Positions 17,895 to 27,209 of a DNA stretch of 64,000 nucleotides are shown here, in pieces. The translations under genes were made by a program, and so were the position numbers. The DNA comes from a virus, in the IMG/VR virus record IMGVR_UViG_3300011339_000793, positions 32,001 through 96,000 of that record; one strand, 5' to 3'. The notes below the pieces were generated by a model. It was not told the origin of the DNA. It ran no database searches and saw only the letters and a list, made by a program, of their open reading frames with translations. The stretch's first letter is position 1; the number at the start of each line of letters is the position of its first letter.

Positions 17895-20006
17895 TTAGTA
17901 TTCAATAGCCGCAGCGGTTGCTCCACCTGTTGTATCACGGAGGGCTGCTGCCGCACCGTTTACAGAGATGGTTGATACGACCTTAAGTGATTCAACGCCA
18001 ACCTTGGCAACGCCTTCAAATGTTTCTACGAACATCTTGTAGTCGTTGGTTCCAGTAAGTGAAGAGTCACGGATAATTCCTAGGTCCAAAGTTCCGCCAT
18101 CTAGGAACAAGAATGTTCCTTCTGCGAAGATGTACCAAGTGAATGTATCTGCGAACTCGTTCATTGCGCCTGCTGATTGCGCAGTTGTGAAATCATCAAT
18201 TGTCCAAGTGATGTTGATACCACGAGAAGCAATAAATCCTTCGATTTCTGCATATGCGTTAAGCAAATTGTCTCCAGGCATTGATAGAGCAAGGTCTGCT
18301 GCCATAGCGTCCTTGACCCACATTGGGGCAATAACGCGAAGTGGTGCATCTGCTTCTAGACGATGACGGCCACGGTAGTTAGCAGAAGCGCGACCTAGTT
18401 GAACTAGGTAGTCGCGTGCAACACCGATAAGTGAAGTTGAAGTAACTGCTGTTGAAAGAGCAGTTAGACGGGTCAAGATTTGACCTTCTGCTTCACGAGC
18501 GTGCTGAATCAGACCCAACTCGTTGTGACGAGCGATGAGTTCTGGATAAGCACGAGTCATCAAGTTACCGAACTGCAACTGTAGAGTTACAGCATCAGTT
18601 GCAACAGTGTTTTCTCCTGCTGCTGTTACTGTAAGGCTCTCTTTCACATCTGTTCCAGGTGTGATGTCAGTAGCGTTTGTCCAGATTCCAACAGCGCTTC
18701 CATATGATGAAAGAACTGGTGGTGTTACGAAGCGGATACCGCCACGGTCAGCCTGGAACTTAGGTAGCGCATCCTTTAGAGGACGAGCAGTTGTTCCAAG
18801 TCCGAAAATGTCGTACTTGACTTCAAATGGTGCTGCGTGTCCGCCTGAAGCAACAAGTGCTTCTGGGCTTGTTACAGCATTAATTTTTGCCCAGTTTGTT
18901 TCTGGGTCAGTTGTAAGTGTTCTGTTCTCAGGATACTGAGTAGATACAGAAGCAACAATATGTTGTTCTCCATCTCCACCATTTACACGACGAAGAGCGT
19001 GTAAACGCTTTGCCATTGCCTCAGCAACAGCATTCATATCGTTGAGAGGGCTGCCAGCCGTATATCCAGGAATATCTGCGCCCGCTGTGATTGCCACAGG
19101 AGCGGCAGAAGTCTGGGAGATTGGACGACGGTCAGCCGGTACCTCAATGTTGAGGTTGTCTGCGTTTGCAGCGGCGGTCACGGGTGCCTCCATAATTTCT
19201 TGAACCGCGATTGGTTCAGTTGTTTCTTTGGTTGTTTCTTGGATAGATGCTTCTGCTCCATCTGCAACATCTGCTGCGGCGTCGGCTGTTGCCTCGTCCG
19301 CTGCTGGTGCTTCTTCTGCAACTGGTGCTTCTGCTGTTTCGGCTGCTGGAGCCTCTTCTGCTGCTGCTTCTGTTGAAGCAACTACAGTTTCTTCAGCGAC
19401 AACGGGTGCTGCTGCTGATTCAATAATTGTTGCTGGTACTTCTGTGGTTGAGAACTCTGAGTTCTTATCCGCATCGGTTGATGCTTCAGTCATGGGTTTC
19501 TTCTCCTCGTCTTCTTCTGTTTTTTCCTCTTCCATGTCAGCAGGAGATTTTTCTTCTTCTGCTACTGGAGTTTCTGCTGGAGCCGGTGGCATTTCTGCCA
19601 TTGCTTCAGGCTTCTTCTCCTCTTCCATGGCTGGGGCAGGAGTTTCGACTGGAACTTCCTCTACAGGTGTTTCAAGAGCAGGAGCGGCAGGAGCCTCTTC
19701 TGAAATCTTCTCATCTGCTTTGGTTGAATCCATGCTTTCCTCTTTGTCGGCATCTTGTCCATATACGCGGGTAGCGGCCTCAGTGGCTCGCTTTGCAAGT
19801 TCTACAACCGCGGCCTCACGGCGCTTGACTTCATTTCTGACTCCATCAAGCATATCGGCAAGCGACGTCATAGCATCAACTGTTTGCGGAGTAGGGTCTT
19901 CTTTCTCAACCGATTCAAATTCGCTGAGGATTGCTGACTGAAGTTCGGAAACTTGTTCGTCACCTAGTTCACTCAGTTGGTCCATCATTCCTTTAATACG
20001 GTCCAC
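17895..20006 (-). CDS. Major capsid protein with fused N-terminal acidic scaffold region
   Basis: 703 aa, GTG start with SD GGAGGG; about 270 aa E/A/P-rich N-terminus, then capsid core (RGGIRFVTP, YPELIAR, EGTFLFLDGGTLDLGIIRDS, NDY.MF.ETFE). Confidence 0.9.
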   Translation of the reverse strand: MDRIKGMMDQLSELGDEQVSELQSAILSEFESVEKEDPTPQTVDAMTSLADMLDGVRNEVKRREAAVVELAKRATEAATRVYGQDADKEESMDSTKADEKISEEAPAAPALETPVEEVPVETPAPAMEEEKKPEAMAEMPPAPAETPVAEEEKSPADMEEEKTEEDEEKKPMTEASTDADKNSEFSTTEVPATIIESAAAPVVAEETVVASTEAAAEEAPAAETAEAPVAEEAPAADEATADAAADVADGAEASIQETTKETTEPIAVQEIMEAPVTAAANADNLNIEVPADRRPISQTSAAPVAITAGADIPGYTAGSPLNDMNAVAEAMAKRLHALRRVNGGDGEQHIVASVSTQYPENRTLTTDPETNWAKINAVTSPEALVASGGHAAPFEVKYDIFGLGTTARPLKDALPKFQADRGGIRFVTPPVLSSYGSAVGIWTNATDITPGTDVKESLTVTAAGENTVATDAVTLQLQFGNLMTRAYPELIARHNELGLIQHAREAEGQILTRLTALSTAVTSTSLIGVARDYLVQLGRASANYRGRHRLEADAPLRVIAPMWVKDAMAADLALSMPGDNLLNAYAEIEGFIASRGINITWTIDDFTTAQSAGAMNEFADTFTWYIFAEGTFLFLDGGTLDLGIIRDSSLTGTNDYKMFVETFEGVAKVGVESLKVVSTISVNGAAAALRDTTGGATAAAIEY

Positions 20007-20174
20007 TACTGTCCCTCCTCCGGGCCAGTCACGACAGGAAAAATCCTGTCTCGCTTATCAATAGAGGCCGAGGGACTCACAAACGCATTAAATGCGTGGA
20101 GGCACTCCACCTGATATCGAATATTACATTACTTTTTATAGGGTGATTTGTTCCTTGTACGATTTTTTCACTAC

Positions 20175-23100
20175 TTAGGTAAGTAAGCGAAGCAACTTAG
20201 ACATATGACTAGATATCTCAGATTGGTTGTAATAGTCGCCTCCAGCCATAAAAGACTTGAGGTCTTTTGTGGCTATATCAGCGTCTTCTTTGCCAATCTT
20301 CTCTTCAACTCTTTTTATCATATCTTCCATCAGGCTTTTGAGAGCAGGTGGAATATCGCTAAATCGAATCTTTTCAGCGTCAGCGCCGAAGGCAAAAGGC
20401 AAGTTAGCAATAACTTTTCCAAGTTCGCCAGCAGATGTTCTGATGTTTTCTAAACTGTCAGGGTTTAGCGCATTACTATCCAAGCGGTCAATAATGCTAA
20501 GCAAATCGCCAGCGGCTTTTGCAGCCCCAGCGTAATTGCCAGCATTATCTAAGTTCTCTGCTTCTTCTATTTTTTGTATTACATTGTCAGAGCCAGACAC
20601 ACCTAAATTTGTTTTCAGCCGAGCGAGCACTTGCCGAAACTTGCCAGAGGCATCTCTAGGTTGTGTCTTTCCAGGTACATATTTTGCTCTGGTTTCATCA
20701 TTCATTTGCTCACTCTTAGCGACTTTTTTTAGTGCATCTAACTCTTGAGGGGTCATACCGTCTAAAGGCTCGGTTGCATCAATAAACTCTGTTTCAGCAA
20801 AATCAAATGCAGAAAACTCAGAGAAAGACGCTTCATCTAAATCATTTCCCTCAACTAAAAGAATAATGATTTCTTCTTCAGGCTCCCAGTTTCCATCATG
20901 TGAATTATCTGGTTCAACAATAATTTCATTGACATCTTTTGCCATATCTTCCTCAGTAACCTGAGTAGTAAAAGTGCCTAAAAGTTCATCAATTTCCGCA
21001 AAAGATTTACGCTCTTTATCCATCTTTGCGTGTGTTGACGTATAGAAACCAAGCGCTTCCTTATGACGTAGTTGGCAATATCCCTTAGAACGAGTTCCAA
21101 GATACTTTGACAAATACTTTACACAGCGCTTCCAGTCACCAGATTGTCCCCAGCGAATCTTTGCGGCTCCTTCACCTCTTGTCCAGTAGCGACGAAGCCT
21201 TTCAGCGTTTCCCCGGTTACGGTCCAACCCACCAGCAGCAATTTGTGTCTCAACAATTTCTGATGTAGCAGATGCGGTTGTTCCGCCTTTAGTCCAGGTA
21301 TCTGGAATGATGTCATCGCGTTCTAACATACGAGCCATCTTCATAATATGACGACGAACGAGACCGCGCTTGCCTGGCTTTGAACGACCATAAGCGTGAA
21401 CAGCATTCTTCAAATCACCAATATTACGAATAGGGAAAGAACCATCTGGAAGCGCTCTTCCTTCATCAGCAAGTTTCATACGTTTTTCACGAGAAATTAC
21501 AGCCAACTCTGACTCTGTATCGTCAAACGTTTGTTGCATATAGGCAACATCTTCATCACGCATTTTACGGAACCGTGAAGAAAGTTCCTCTGCTTTGATT
21601 GCTGCTGTCATTGCTACCATACGACTTCTAGCGTCCTGTGCTGCGGCAACTACAGGTGCTTCTAACTTACCAACTCGTTCGTTAAGTTCACGAAGTGGGT
21701 CGCTCTTGAGTTGCGCAAGGACACTTGCACCTGCTGCGACCAAAGCCATTACCTGACCTGATGCAACGCGAGCACGAGCGATTGGGAATCCTGGAACGTT
21801 TACTTGGCAGACAGCAACAAGTTCTAATGAACCCTTGATTGGGCGCCAGTCACCAGAAGGTGCTGAGGCACGAAGAGAGCGAATTTGTTCTGGAGTTGTT
21901 CCTGGACGAAGTGCTCCGGCAACCCAGATACCATAGGCATCTTCGCCAGCATGAACATCTGCAATAGCAGACGCTGTATCGTCATAGTGACGAACTGCTT
22001 CAGAAGCAGATGCTTCTAGTGTCGCATGGCCTCCCGCTAAAGTTAGTTGTCCTACTGGAACATCAGTGTTCTCTAATGTCCGAACTACTCCTGTGTGGAA
22101 GTAAGCATAATTTGATTTACTGCGTGGTGGTTTTGTCCCGAAAGCCATACCAATATGGTCAACGTGCCAAGCAGCAATGTGCCCGAAAACTTGACCCTCA
22201 TCTGTTACCGTGAGAGCAGTTGGTTTTTTAAGTTTTTGATTATCAAACCACTCTTTAGGCGGAGTAACTGGAATTGCTCCAGCAACTATCCCGCACGCCA
22301 CGAGTGCAGATGCATCTAGCGGATTTACGCCATCTACATACACTCCATCTTGAATCACTTGCTTCTCCTCCTGCTCAGCCGCTGGGTCTGTAAGAGTAAT
22401 TTTACATTCCTGAAAAGCGGGTTTAGGGACAAGAGTTACTGCCATAACTCTCGCCTTTGATATATTCATTTTACCGCCTCCGACCTTACTGTCAGAGTCT
22501 TCCTTCGAGGCTTCTTCATCTTCTTTTGCCTCAAACATATCCATATCAGCAGAGACCCCTCGGATAAACCCTCCTCGGACTAAACGCTCTGCTTCTTTTC
22601 CATACTCACCGGAATCAAAGAATCCGCTGGCATTTCCAATACCTTCATCAGTTCTTAGCATCTTAGTTATTTTTCCAACAACAACTGACCCAGAATGTCC
22701 TTCTCCAGTTTTGATTTGCCACAAAAGAGGTAGAGGAAGTTCTCTCATTGTTATAGAGCCTTTATTAAACTTTCTTCCGTCTCCTGATTCAATTCCTTCT
22801 GGAATAACCAAAGGAATAAAAAACTCTGCTCCATTTGTAGACTCTTCAGAGGCATCAGCGGTGAGACCATAGACTCTTGATTTAGCCTCAGCCATTTGTG
22901 CTTTTATAAGTGATTGTGCAATTACAGCATTTGAAGGAATAATAAAATCGCTAGAGAAAGCATCAGCCTTCATACCTTTTCTTCCATACTTTTGACGATG
23001 CTCTTTGTCACCAGTCCATAGACCAGTGGCTTCTTTATGACGCAAAGCGCAATAACCTTTAGAGCGAGGCCCCATATATTTAGAAAGTTGACGGACACAG

Positions 23101-26084
23101 CGGGTCCAGTCTCCTGGAGTGTTCCAACGAATCTTTGCCGCGCCTCTTCCATATAACCAATAACGACGAAGTTCTTCAGCGTTTCCTCTGTTCTTATCTG
23201 CGCCACCTGCAGCCATCAACGCAAGAACTGCTAACTCAAAAGAGTATCCAGAAGCAGTTGTTGCTGCAGCATCAATCTGAGACATAACTACTGCAAGTAC
23301 TTCGTCATCTAAAACAACCATTGGTGGTGGAGTAGGACTCTTGATGTCGTTTAGAACAGTTTCATCTTTTTCCCAAACACCTGGCTTGCGTATGTAAGTC
23401 ATTGGCTCGGTAGACTCGGAAGATGCAGGAATAAGTGAAACTAAATCCATAACTGCCTGAGGGTCATCTGGAGAAACAATTGCCATATAAATAGGAGGAA
23501 CATCAGAAGTTTCTGGAGTAAGTTCTACTTCACCTTCTACTGATGCTACAAACCCTGAAGCATTAACGCCTTTAGTATTTCTTGCCCAAGAACCATCTTC
23601 CTGCATTGTAAATCCTGGAGCAACTACAGTATCTTTTTCACCATACCAAGTTGACTTACCATCTGAATATTTTGTGCGAACTCTGTTAGTAACACTGTCT
23701 GTAAATGTTTCTACAGCCTTACCTACCTGACCGTTAGGTCCAGTCTTAGAACTATCGTATGAGCCCTTAGGTGGATTCTTAGGGTCGTTAGGTCCTATAG
23801 AGCCATCTTCATAAAGTTTGAATCCCTTAGGAACAACTGTTCCTCTTTGTCCAAACCACTTAGAGCCATCAGCGCCTTTATATTCTGTAGTTTCTTTTCC
23901 AGCATCATCTGTAAACTTGTTAACAACAGTGCCAATCTCGCCCTTGTCATTAATAGAACCAACTGATTCTCCTGGGTAGATTGTTGTAGGTGTTTTTCCG
24001 CCAGTTTTATAACCAGTAGCAGGCACATCTACATAAGTTCCTTTTATTGGAGTTCCATCTTTATCTGTTTGAACAGGATATCCATTTATATTCTTTGTAT
24101 AAGTAGGAGCGTTTTTAGTTCCGCCAGGGGTAACACCATTATTTGCCGCAGGTTTTGTTGTTGTTGTTCCTTGTTTTGCTGAAACAGCGGGTGTGGTTGT
24201 TGTTTTTGCTTTTGAACTAGAAGGAGGAGCGTAAGGAGCGTTCGGCGCCTTATTCATCCAATCAGGGTCATCACTTTCAACATCAGCAGCAGGTTTTGAT
24301 TTATAGGCTTCTACGTTTTGTTCATTTCTCAAACTTGGCATAAAGAATCTAGCGTTTGGAGAGTAGGTGCTTCCGTCAGGACGCTTTACTGTTTTTTGTA
24401 AAAAATCACGCAGTAGAGGGTCATTGTAAGCATTTGCACTCTTGTAACCTAAAAGTTCGTTTGTTGCTTTTTGAATAGCATCTTGCACTGCATCACCTGA
24501 CGAAGTTGGCGCTGGTGCTTGAGCAGGAGTCTTAGGTGCAGTTAGGTTTGAAGAACGAGCATCTGTAACCCAAGGGGAATAGTCCTCTGTAAGAATCTGA
24601 GCCTTACTGCTTCCTATCTGAGGTAAACGGTCTGGCAAAGTTACAGAAGCACTATCAATCGGAACTCTAGGTTCACCAAGAATTCCTTGAGTAAGATTTC
24701 TAGGAGTTCGTGTGCTCCTCATAGGAATTGGCTTAAAAGTATCTAAAGACTCTGTAGTATTTGCAGGAACATCAATATCATTACCGTTAGCAAGTTTTAC
24801 TTTTACAGTTTGATTTGCTGGGTTTACAGATTGAATTGTTCCTGTGTATGCAGGATTACCACCAATAACAACTTTTCCTCCAGACTTCGCAAACATTCCA
24901 CTCTTATCACGAACTTGAGATGAAGCCAACTTAGAGCGCTCATCTGGTGTGTAGTTTCCATCTCGATTTGTTGGACCATCTGCTGGCTTTGTAGAATCTA
25001 ATCCACCCTCACCTGCTGCAACTACTGGACCCTCAATGAAGTCCATATATTCTGCATACTTTGGATACTCGTCTTCATAATCATAAGAAACAGAATCAAC
25101 TAACTCCCAGTCAACTCCATCCATCTCGTCAAGGAAGAGTCTTGATTCGCTAGGATTTATTTTTTCCATTGAAACTGTTTTTTCTGGGTTACCATCAAAT
25201 AATCCAGAAACAGCAATAGCGGTTTCTACATCTACAGGAATGTGAATCTTTGGACAAGTGTCATAAGGTTCGTCAAGAGAACGGTCATATGTTTCAAAGT
25301 CGTGGTTAATATTTCCTAAATCTTCCCACATAGCGTCGTCCCAGACGTATACGGTTCCATCTGAATTTGTTTTATATAGACGGTCAATTCCTGTTCCATC
25401 TAATCTAACTCTAATAAAAAATTCTGGAGCAAGATTCTCTGGTAGAGACTCTGCTTCTATAAAAGAAGACAGTTGCGCTTGCTCTGGGTTCTCATACTCG
25501 GACATAACAAAGTTATAAGATGCTGTTATAGAGTTCTGTTGAGCCTTTTTGTTTTCACGATTGACAATAGTATTAGCCCAAGAGTTAGCAGAGTCTCCGC
25601 CCCAAAGTGCCCAAGCAATTCTGCCGTTTGATGGATAGTTTTTTTCTCCTGGCTGATAGCCAGTTCCCTTTTTATCTACTTCGTGACGAGGAAAATACTT
25701 TGCGATATGACGAATTTTACGAATACCAATTTGTCCCCCTCTAGCCAACGTGCGGGCAGTGTTTAGCCCTACTGCTGTTCCGCCACGCTTTTCTTCTTTA
25801 CGCCATTCAAGACCGCGTTTTGCTTCTGCTACAACTGATTTTGGAATTGTATATAAGCGGTCATTGTTTGAGAAAACTTTGATATCTAAATCAGTAGCCG
25901 CGGCAACAGCAAGTTCGTATGGAACTGATTCAGGGTTGGTCTGGTCGCCCTCTGGAGTGAAAGAAGCAACTAGTGGTTCGGCTTGGTCAATTGCCAAAAC
26001 TAACTTTTTAGACTCGTCAATAAGGATTGCCTTATCTTCGATACTAAAAAGAACCTGATTACCACTACGACCTATAAATTGCAT
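20175..26084 (-). CDS. Multidomain capsid maturation protease polyprotein
   Basis: 1969 aa; HK97-like prohead protease core at about 22400-22825 (ESGDGRKF, LPLPLLWQ, GHSGS..VG, RGVSADM) among many small head-associated domains; immediately upstream of capsid gene. Confidence 0.8.
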   Translation of the reverse strand: MQFIGRSGNQVLFSIEDKAILIDESKKLVLAIDQAEPLVASFTPEGDQTNPESVPYELAVAAATDLDIKVFSNNDRLYTIPKSVVAEAKRGLEWRKEEKRGGTAVGLNTARTLARGGQIGIRKIRHIAKYFPRHEVDKKGTGYQPGEKNYPSNGRIAWALWGGDSANSWANTIVNRENKKAQQNSITASYNFVMSEYENPEQAQLSSFIEAESLPENLAPEFFIRVRLDGTGIDRLYKTNSDGTVYVWDDAMWEDLGNINHDFETYDRSLDEPYDTCPKIHIPVDVETAIAVSGLFDGNPEKTVSMEKINPSESRLFLDEMDGVDWELVDSVSYDYEDEYPKYAEYMDFIEGPVVAAGEGGLDSTKPADGPTNRDGNYTPDERSKLASSQVRDKSGMFAKSGGKVVIGGNPAYTGTIQSVNPANQTVKVKLANGNDIDVPANTTESLDTFKPIPMRSTRTPRNLTQGILGEPRVPIDSASVTLPDRLPQIGSSKAQILTEDYSPWVTDARSSNLTAPKTPAQAPAPTSSGDAVQDAIQKATNELLGYKSANAYNDPLLRDFLQKTVKRPDGSTYSPNARFFMPSLRNEQNVEAYKSKPAADVESDDPDWMNKAPNAPYAPPSSSKAKTTTTPAVSAKQGTTTTKPAANNGVTPGGTKNAPTYTKNINGYPVQTDKDGTPIKGTYVDVPATGYKTGGKTPTTIYPGESVGSINDKGEIGTVVNKFTDDAGKETTEYKGADGSKWFGQRGTVVPKGFKLYEDGSIGPNDPKNPPKGSYDSSKTGPNGQVGKAVETFTDSVTNRVRTKYSDGKSTWYGEKDTVVAPGFTMQEDGSWARNTKGVNASGFVASVEGEVELTPETSDVPPIYMAIVSPDDPQAVMDLVSLIPASSESTEPMTYIRKPGVWEKDETVLNDIKSPTPPPMVVLDDEVLAVVMSQIDAAATTASGYSFELAVLALMAAGGADKNRGNAEELRRYWLYGRGAAKIRWNTPGDWTRCVRQLSKYMGPRSKGYCALRHKEATGLWTGDKEHRQKYGRKGMKADAFSSDFIIPSNAVIAQSLIKAQMAEAKSRVYGLTADASEESTNGAEFFIPLVIPEGIESGDGRKFNKGSITMRELPLPLLWQIKTGEGHSGSVVVGKITKMLRTDEGIGNASGFFDSGEYGKEAERLVRGGFIRGVSADMDMFEAKEDEEASKEDSDSKVGGGKMNISKARVMAVTLVPKPAFQECKITLTDPAAEQEEKQVIQDGVYVDGVNPLDASALVACGIVAGAIPVTPPKEWFDNQKLKKPTALTVTDEGQVFGHIAAWHVDHIGMAFGTKPPRSKSNYAYFHTGVVRTLENTDVPVGQLTLAGGHATLEASASEAVRHYDDTASAIADVHAGEDAYGIWVAGALRPGTTPEQIRSLRASAPSGDWRPIKGSLELVAVCQVNVPGFPIARARVASGQVMALVAAGASVLAQLKSDPLRELNERVGKLEAPVVAAAQDARSRMVAMTAAIKAEELSSRFRKMRDEDVAYMQQTFDDTESELAVISREKRMKLADEGRALPDGSFPIRNIGDLKNAVHAYGRSKPGKRGLVRRHIMKMARMLERDDIIPDTWTKGGTTASATSEIVETQIAAGGLDRNRGNAERLRRYWTRGEGAAKIRWGQSGDWKRCVKYLSKYLGTRSKGYCQLRHKEALGFYTSTHAKMDKERKSFAEIDELLGTFTTQVTEEDMAKDVNEIIVEPDNSHDGNWEPEEEIIILLVEGNDLDEASFSEFSAFDFAETEFIDATEPLDGMTPQELDALKKVAKSEQMNDETRAKYVPGKTQPRDASGKFRQVLARLKTNLGVSGSDNVIQKIEEAENLDNAGNYAGAAKAAGDLLSIIDRLDSNALNPDSLENIRTSAGELGKVIANLPFAFGADAEKIRFSDIPPALKSLMEDMIKRVEEKIGKEDADIATKDLKSFMAGGDYYNQSEISSHMSKLLRLLT

Positions 26085-26088
26085 GGCA

Positions 26089-26397
26089 TTACTCCCAGTC
26101 TTCCGGTCCCGTAGACTCGTACTCTAAAACCTCTGAAACAGGAATAATCTCATCGAGTTCTTCTGCTTCGTCGTAAACGGAAATAAAGGCGGGGTCTACA
26201 TATATAAGTATTAAATCATCTAAATTAATATCGTATTCGTCTTCTGGAGACAATATTTGCTTCCAGTCGCCCTCGTGTCTGTAGAACATACCATCTTCAT
26301 CTGCATCATAAAGAAATATGACTACTTCATCTAGGTCGCCGTCGCAGAAAACCATCAAATCTTCTGCACTATTAGGTTTGTTTGGTGAAAATGCCAT
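26089..26397 (-). CDS. Hypothetical acidic head-module protein
   Basis: 102 aa, D/E-rich, tightly packed in operon. Confidence 0.6.
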   Translation of the reverse strand: MAFSPNKPNSAEDLMVFCDGDLDEVVIFLYDADEDGMFYRHEGDWKQILSPEDEYDINLDDLILIYVDPAFISVYDEAEELDEIIPVSEVLEYESTGPEDWE

Positions 26398-26399
26398 GA

Positions 26400-27206
26400 C
26401 TACTCCTTATTCTTACTGTCATCAATTGGACCACCTGTAACCCAAGCGTTACAAGTCCTGGAAGCGGCACATTTGAAATCAAATGCTTCGCAGTAACCAA
26501 GTTCAGCGGCATTAATTGCGTCCCAGGCGTTTTCGTTGCCAGAGCCTCCTTGCTCAATGCCTTGAGCGATACAGTTTTTCATTTCAGTAGTAGTTATAAA
26601 CATTACGCAGTTTCCGCAAAGAGACTTCTTTGCTTCCTCCGTCGAGACAGACCAACGAGTCGCTTTTTCTTGCCAAAACTCTTCGTTTGGTTCTGCAGGA
26701 TTTAGTGGACCATAGGCTGCATCTTTAATTGCTTTTTCTCTGTTAGTTAGATTCACTACGATGTCCTGTGTTGCTGGAGGGCAGGCACCAGCCGCTGCTG
26801 TCACAGCCTCGTCTTCGTCTTCAAGGAAAACTTCAAAGCCATCATCCTCAGACCCAATGTCATCTAAATCATCTCTAATTTCTTTTGCTTCAACTAACAG
26901 TTTTTCTTCAGCAGAAATTGCTGCAGAAACATCCGTATAGTCTTCAACAACTACCGTGTCCCCCTTTATTCTGTAGTAAGCAATTTCTGCCCACTCTTTA
27001 GGAGTTGTAGGTGTCTCTTCTGCCCAAAGTGATTCTTTCATATCCAAAATTCTTTGGTCATCAAGGCCAAGAACCTCCGCGTCCTTAGCAAAAACATATT
27101 TAGCAGATTTTTCATCAGCAACTATTGACATAAAATGATTTTCTTCAAACTCTTTTCCAGTTCCGAAGTCGTCATCGTTATATACTCTATAAACTAATAC
27201 TGCCAT
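26400..27206 (-). CDS. Head-module protein with C-terminal Cys-rich (HiPIP-like spacing) domain
   Basis: 268 aa; acidic N-half, VTAAAG linker, then CPPATQD...CGNC...GYC-x12-CNAW. Confidence 0.7.
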   Translation of the reverse strand: MAVLVYRVYNDDDFGTGKEFEENHFMSIVADEKSAKYVFAKDAEVLGLDDQRILDMKESLWAEETPTTPKEWAEIAYYRIKGDTVVVEDYTDVSAAISAEEKLLVEAKEIRDDLDDIGSEDDGFEVFLEDEDEAVTAAAGACPPATQDIVVNLTNREKAIKDAAYGPLNPAEPNEEFWQEKATRWSVSTEEAKKSLCGNCVMFITTTEMKNCIAQGIEQGGSGNENAWDAINAAELGYCEAFDFKCAASRTCNAWVTGGPIDDSKNKE

Positions 27207-27209
27207 TTT

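Noticed and set aside
19228-19941. 237-aa plus-strand ORF and the many other plus-strand ORFs across 1-41 kb
   Set aside because: Antisense shadows of long minus-strand genes with low-complexity translations and no SD or promoter.
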